Below the pieces are notes generated by a model. The model had not been told where the DNA came from and did not search any database. It saw only the letters and a program-made list of their open reading frames with translations. Below, piece by piece: positions 33,058 through 36,070 of a DNA stretch of 36,070 nucleotides (the stretch's first letter is position 1; every line of letters begins with the position of its first letter). The position numbers and the translations under genes are program-made. This stretch comes from Vitrella brassicaformis CCMP3155 (Eukaryota; Protista; Chromerida), in the NCBI GenBank assembly GCA_001179505.1, contig CDMY01000654.1, positions 1 through 36,070 of the forward strand, written 5' to 3'.

Positions 33058-36000
33058 ATGGTTGATCGTGTCCTCCCGATAATGGACGGCAGTGATAGCG
33101 CCCCGGCTGACCCCGGAGGTGGTGACGCATCAAACCACACGGCGGATGCGACCCGCATGTGTGTCTGATGATGTGCTGCAGGTGGGCGTGGTGGGGGGTC
33201 GAGTGGCGATGGCAGTCTGCGCGATGTCATAGACCAAATCTATGCGGTGAGCGGAAAAGGGCAAAGGAGAGAAACCGCCAGCTTATGCCGCAGCTGCTGG
33301 TGGTTCTGCTGCTTTGTTCAGGTGAGCTGTCAGATGGCCGCGAGTAGTGAGGCGGCGAAGCTGAAGATATCACAAACCGACAAAAATGCAGAGGTCAGCA
33401 CAGACACCCACGGAACCGCAAAGCAGCACCGATTTGTGTCCGTCTGTCTGTTTGCAGGCCTGTGCATCGCTGGCTGGCCGATTGTCCGCTGTGCTCAAGA
33501 CCCTCACCGACGCCCAGTCAACCCTCGGTCGCGAGCTGACGCAGATCCCCAGCGAACAAGTAACACATGTAAGGATGAAACGACCAATAGACGACGCAAA
33601 CAAAGCAGTCACGTTCTTGCGTGTCTGTGCATTTGTGTGGATGTCAGCGCAAGGATGGTGACCGCAAGGGCTTCCGGTGGCTGTACAACGTCAACGACCG
33701 TCGGGCGGCGGGCGTGTCTGAGAGTTCGGATGAGACCGACAAGGCGGCGCAACAGAGCAAAGCGGTATGCCCGAACACACTCACATACTCAATGCATCCA
33801 CAGGCGGGCCGGCTCATGTGCTCAGGTGTCAACTGGCGATGGGAAGCGCTCGCGCGTCGGCACCAGCCAGGCAGCTGCCGCAGTTGCTGCAAGTAGTGGA
33901 GGTACGTACGACACCGCCCGCCCATCGATGGCTGCAAACATCGTGACGGTGATTGTGTGCTGTTGCTGCTTCCATTCAGGTGCCTCGGTCAGTGGACGTG
34001 GCGCCAGCCCAAAGGTGACACGCACACACACAAGATAAGACCATCTCCAGCGCACACCTACTTTTCCCACATGTATCTGTGTGTGTCAGGGCTATGGCCG
34101 TCCGTGTCTACCGGGTCTGCCCGAGGGCGTCATCGGCCACCTGGGGTCCTTCATGAGCACCATTGCGGCCGCGTCTCGTCTGACGAAGATCAACAAAGAG
34201 ACCAGACAGAAGGCCATTGACGAGACCTTCGGCGCGTTCCGGCACTTCAGTATGACGAAGGACGAGGAGGCCAAATACCAGGCCATTCGCAAGCTGAGGG
34301 ACGTCAAGCACCTGGTGAGATGGGGGTGCAGCGTCATCGGCAAAGCTGTGGCACGTGACATTCGTTGGTCTGGGGTGTGTGTGTGTGTGTGTGCAGGGCA
34401 AGATCCGGACGGCCTATGTGGAGGCGTCCGATCTGGTGCCGAGTGTGGTCGAGCTGCTGGAGAGGTCTGCAGAGACGCTCAAGGAGCTGCATGTTGCAGA
34501 TGACAACTTACGGGGTGAGCACCCCTTAGCGCAGCGGCGACCCCCAGGGGATCCCTTCCCATTTCCCAAGCTGACCGACATACAAATGAAGTCACCCAAG
34601 TGGCTTGGCCACATCAGCAGGTCAGCACACAGAGGGGAGAAGGAGATGGGTTTTTGCACCCGCCTGTCATATCGTTCTGTTCGTCTGGTTGTCTGCAGCG
34701 TTCGTCGCTGGTGTCTGCCTGCCCTCAAGAGTCTTCGAGTCGGCCGTCTTTCCCAGTATAATGGGTCATCCGAGTCCCTCACGCGCCTCATCAAGGCATC
34801 GCCCAACATCGAGCGGCTCGAGTCCGAGATGATGGGTTTCGACGACACCCAGTGGGCCGACTTCACCGCTGCCCTCGGCCGCTGCCCCCACATTAAGGCC
34901 ATCATCGGACTGCACATCGAGATGGATCAGCTCGGCCGTCTCAACCAGCTCAAGCAGGCCCTCAACCAACACTGGGCCAAAACAGAGAGGAGAGGTGACT
35001 TGACACATGTTGCTTGGGCACCGTGACCAAATCATTTCAATGACTGTCCTCCGTCATTGTCGGATGGTGCAGATGTGCCGAAGAGCTTGGGGTTCGTCGT
35101 GTTTGACCCGAACATCGGTGCGGATTGCAGACAGCGCGCGGCCGGCTTGGAGGGCATCAGCAAGTGGGCAGCAGAGGTGAGCTGTCGGCTGGAGTGGCGG
35201 CTATGGAGGTGGCTGGACCCGAGTGGCGGGGTGATCACGCGCCTGAGGGTGGACTGCAGCAGCGATGCTGGGACCGCTCACCCTGCACCTGGCGGCCTCT
35301 ACGGCGAGATAGTAAAACAGCTGGCGGCTGAGGCGACGCAGGTGAGTGAGGCGGACCGTTTGAAAAAGACAAGACAAGGCTCTCTACGTGTGTCTGCCTG
35401 TATGTGAAGGTCTGGTTGCGACTCGGTGGCACACCAATCCACCCGTCATGGCGTGACAAGCTCGTCTTCACCAACGCGACATCCCTCTGGCTCCATACCA
35501 GGGGAGGCCCGAGTACCTCCGATGTGGTGGATAGCATCCCCGCATGGCTGGCTGAGAGGGATGGAGCGGGCCAGACGGCGATGAGCCGATCCTTCCCAGC
35601 TGTCGAGTTGCTAGATGTGAGTGTTGCCGACCTCTCCTTCTCTGACCTGCCCTCTCCCACGTCTAAGCTGAGCCGTCTTGTCGGGGGGCTGGCGGGGCTC
35701 GAGAGAGTCTTTTTCCGCGATTTGTCTAGCGCCTCAATGGCCTGTGAGCTGCTATCATATCTCTCTGTGCCACGCCTAAGTGAGGTTGAGATCGCTGCGC
35801 CCTTGTCTCGTGAGTGGCCAGCCAGCGTGCCGGCGGAGTGGAGCTTTCGCTCACCCCGTATAGAGCGCCTGGCGAGTGCACCTCCCGAGTTCGTCATAGA
35901 CCAGTGGCATAACAAGGAAGATGCACAGCTGTTCCTGCAGTTGGTGGCGACACTGCGCCCAGCGCGTGTCGACTTCACTGCAACACTGGATCGGGATGAC

Positions 36001-36070
36001 TTGGAGGGAGAGGGGGAGGGTGAGCAGGGAGACAATGCATCTGGGCTCCATGCAGCCCGTTCATTCGCGT
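33058..36070 (+). CDS. lineage-specific protein with F-box-like segment and degenerate leucine-rich (RNI-like) repeats; 3'-partial, multi-exon
   Basis: Exons join in frame from MVDRVLPIMDG... through a coiled segment to CLPGLPEGVIGHLGSFMSTIAAASRLTKIN, then LRR-like strands (ETLKELHV, FPKLTDIQM, CLPALKSLRV, SPNIERLE, CPHIKAIIGL, FPAVELLDV, GLERVFF). The last exon (from about 35409) is open to the window end. An extra upstream exon near 32840-32913 is possible. Confidence 0.65.

Overview
This is intron-rich, GC-rich eukaryotic genomic DNA with short GT-AG introns full of (CA)n/(TG)n. The style and gene content suggest a chromerid alga such as Vitrella; this is inference, not checked against a database. 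Gene order: (1) TARBP1/Trm3 tRNA Gm18 methyltransferase (-, 501-7673, one 300-N gap in an intron), head-to-head with (2) NKAP-family protein (+, 7846-10546); (3) Hsc70-interacting protein HIP/ST13 (-, 11793-14422); (4) an intact, intronless ~720-codon reverse transcriptase of the Penelope-like/TERT group, with a WMDD catalytic motif and no recognisable endonuclease, lying between the divergent HIP and TPR genes (+, 14581-16752); (5) a plant/cyanobacterial-type TPR protein with a possible plastid-targeting leader (+, 17093-18189); (6) a ~10 kb locus of adenosine-deaminase-fold pseudoenzymes: a mosaic minus-strand array of broken, fused and 5'-only copies (18342-24402) facing one apparently intact plus-strand copy (24720-27442) with a tandemly duplicated tail; (7) CFAP119/C1a-32 flagellar central-pair protein (-, 30105-31114); (8) a small intronless MGxxCC protein (+, 31520-31963); (9) a lineage-specific LRR-like gene running off the end (+, ~33058->36070). 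The most notable signals are the RT, the metal-ligand-less ADA family with its cassette-like array, and complementary 5'-(AC)/3'-(UG) arms in most introns inspected. Exon boundaries were read by eye.
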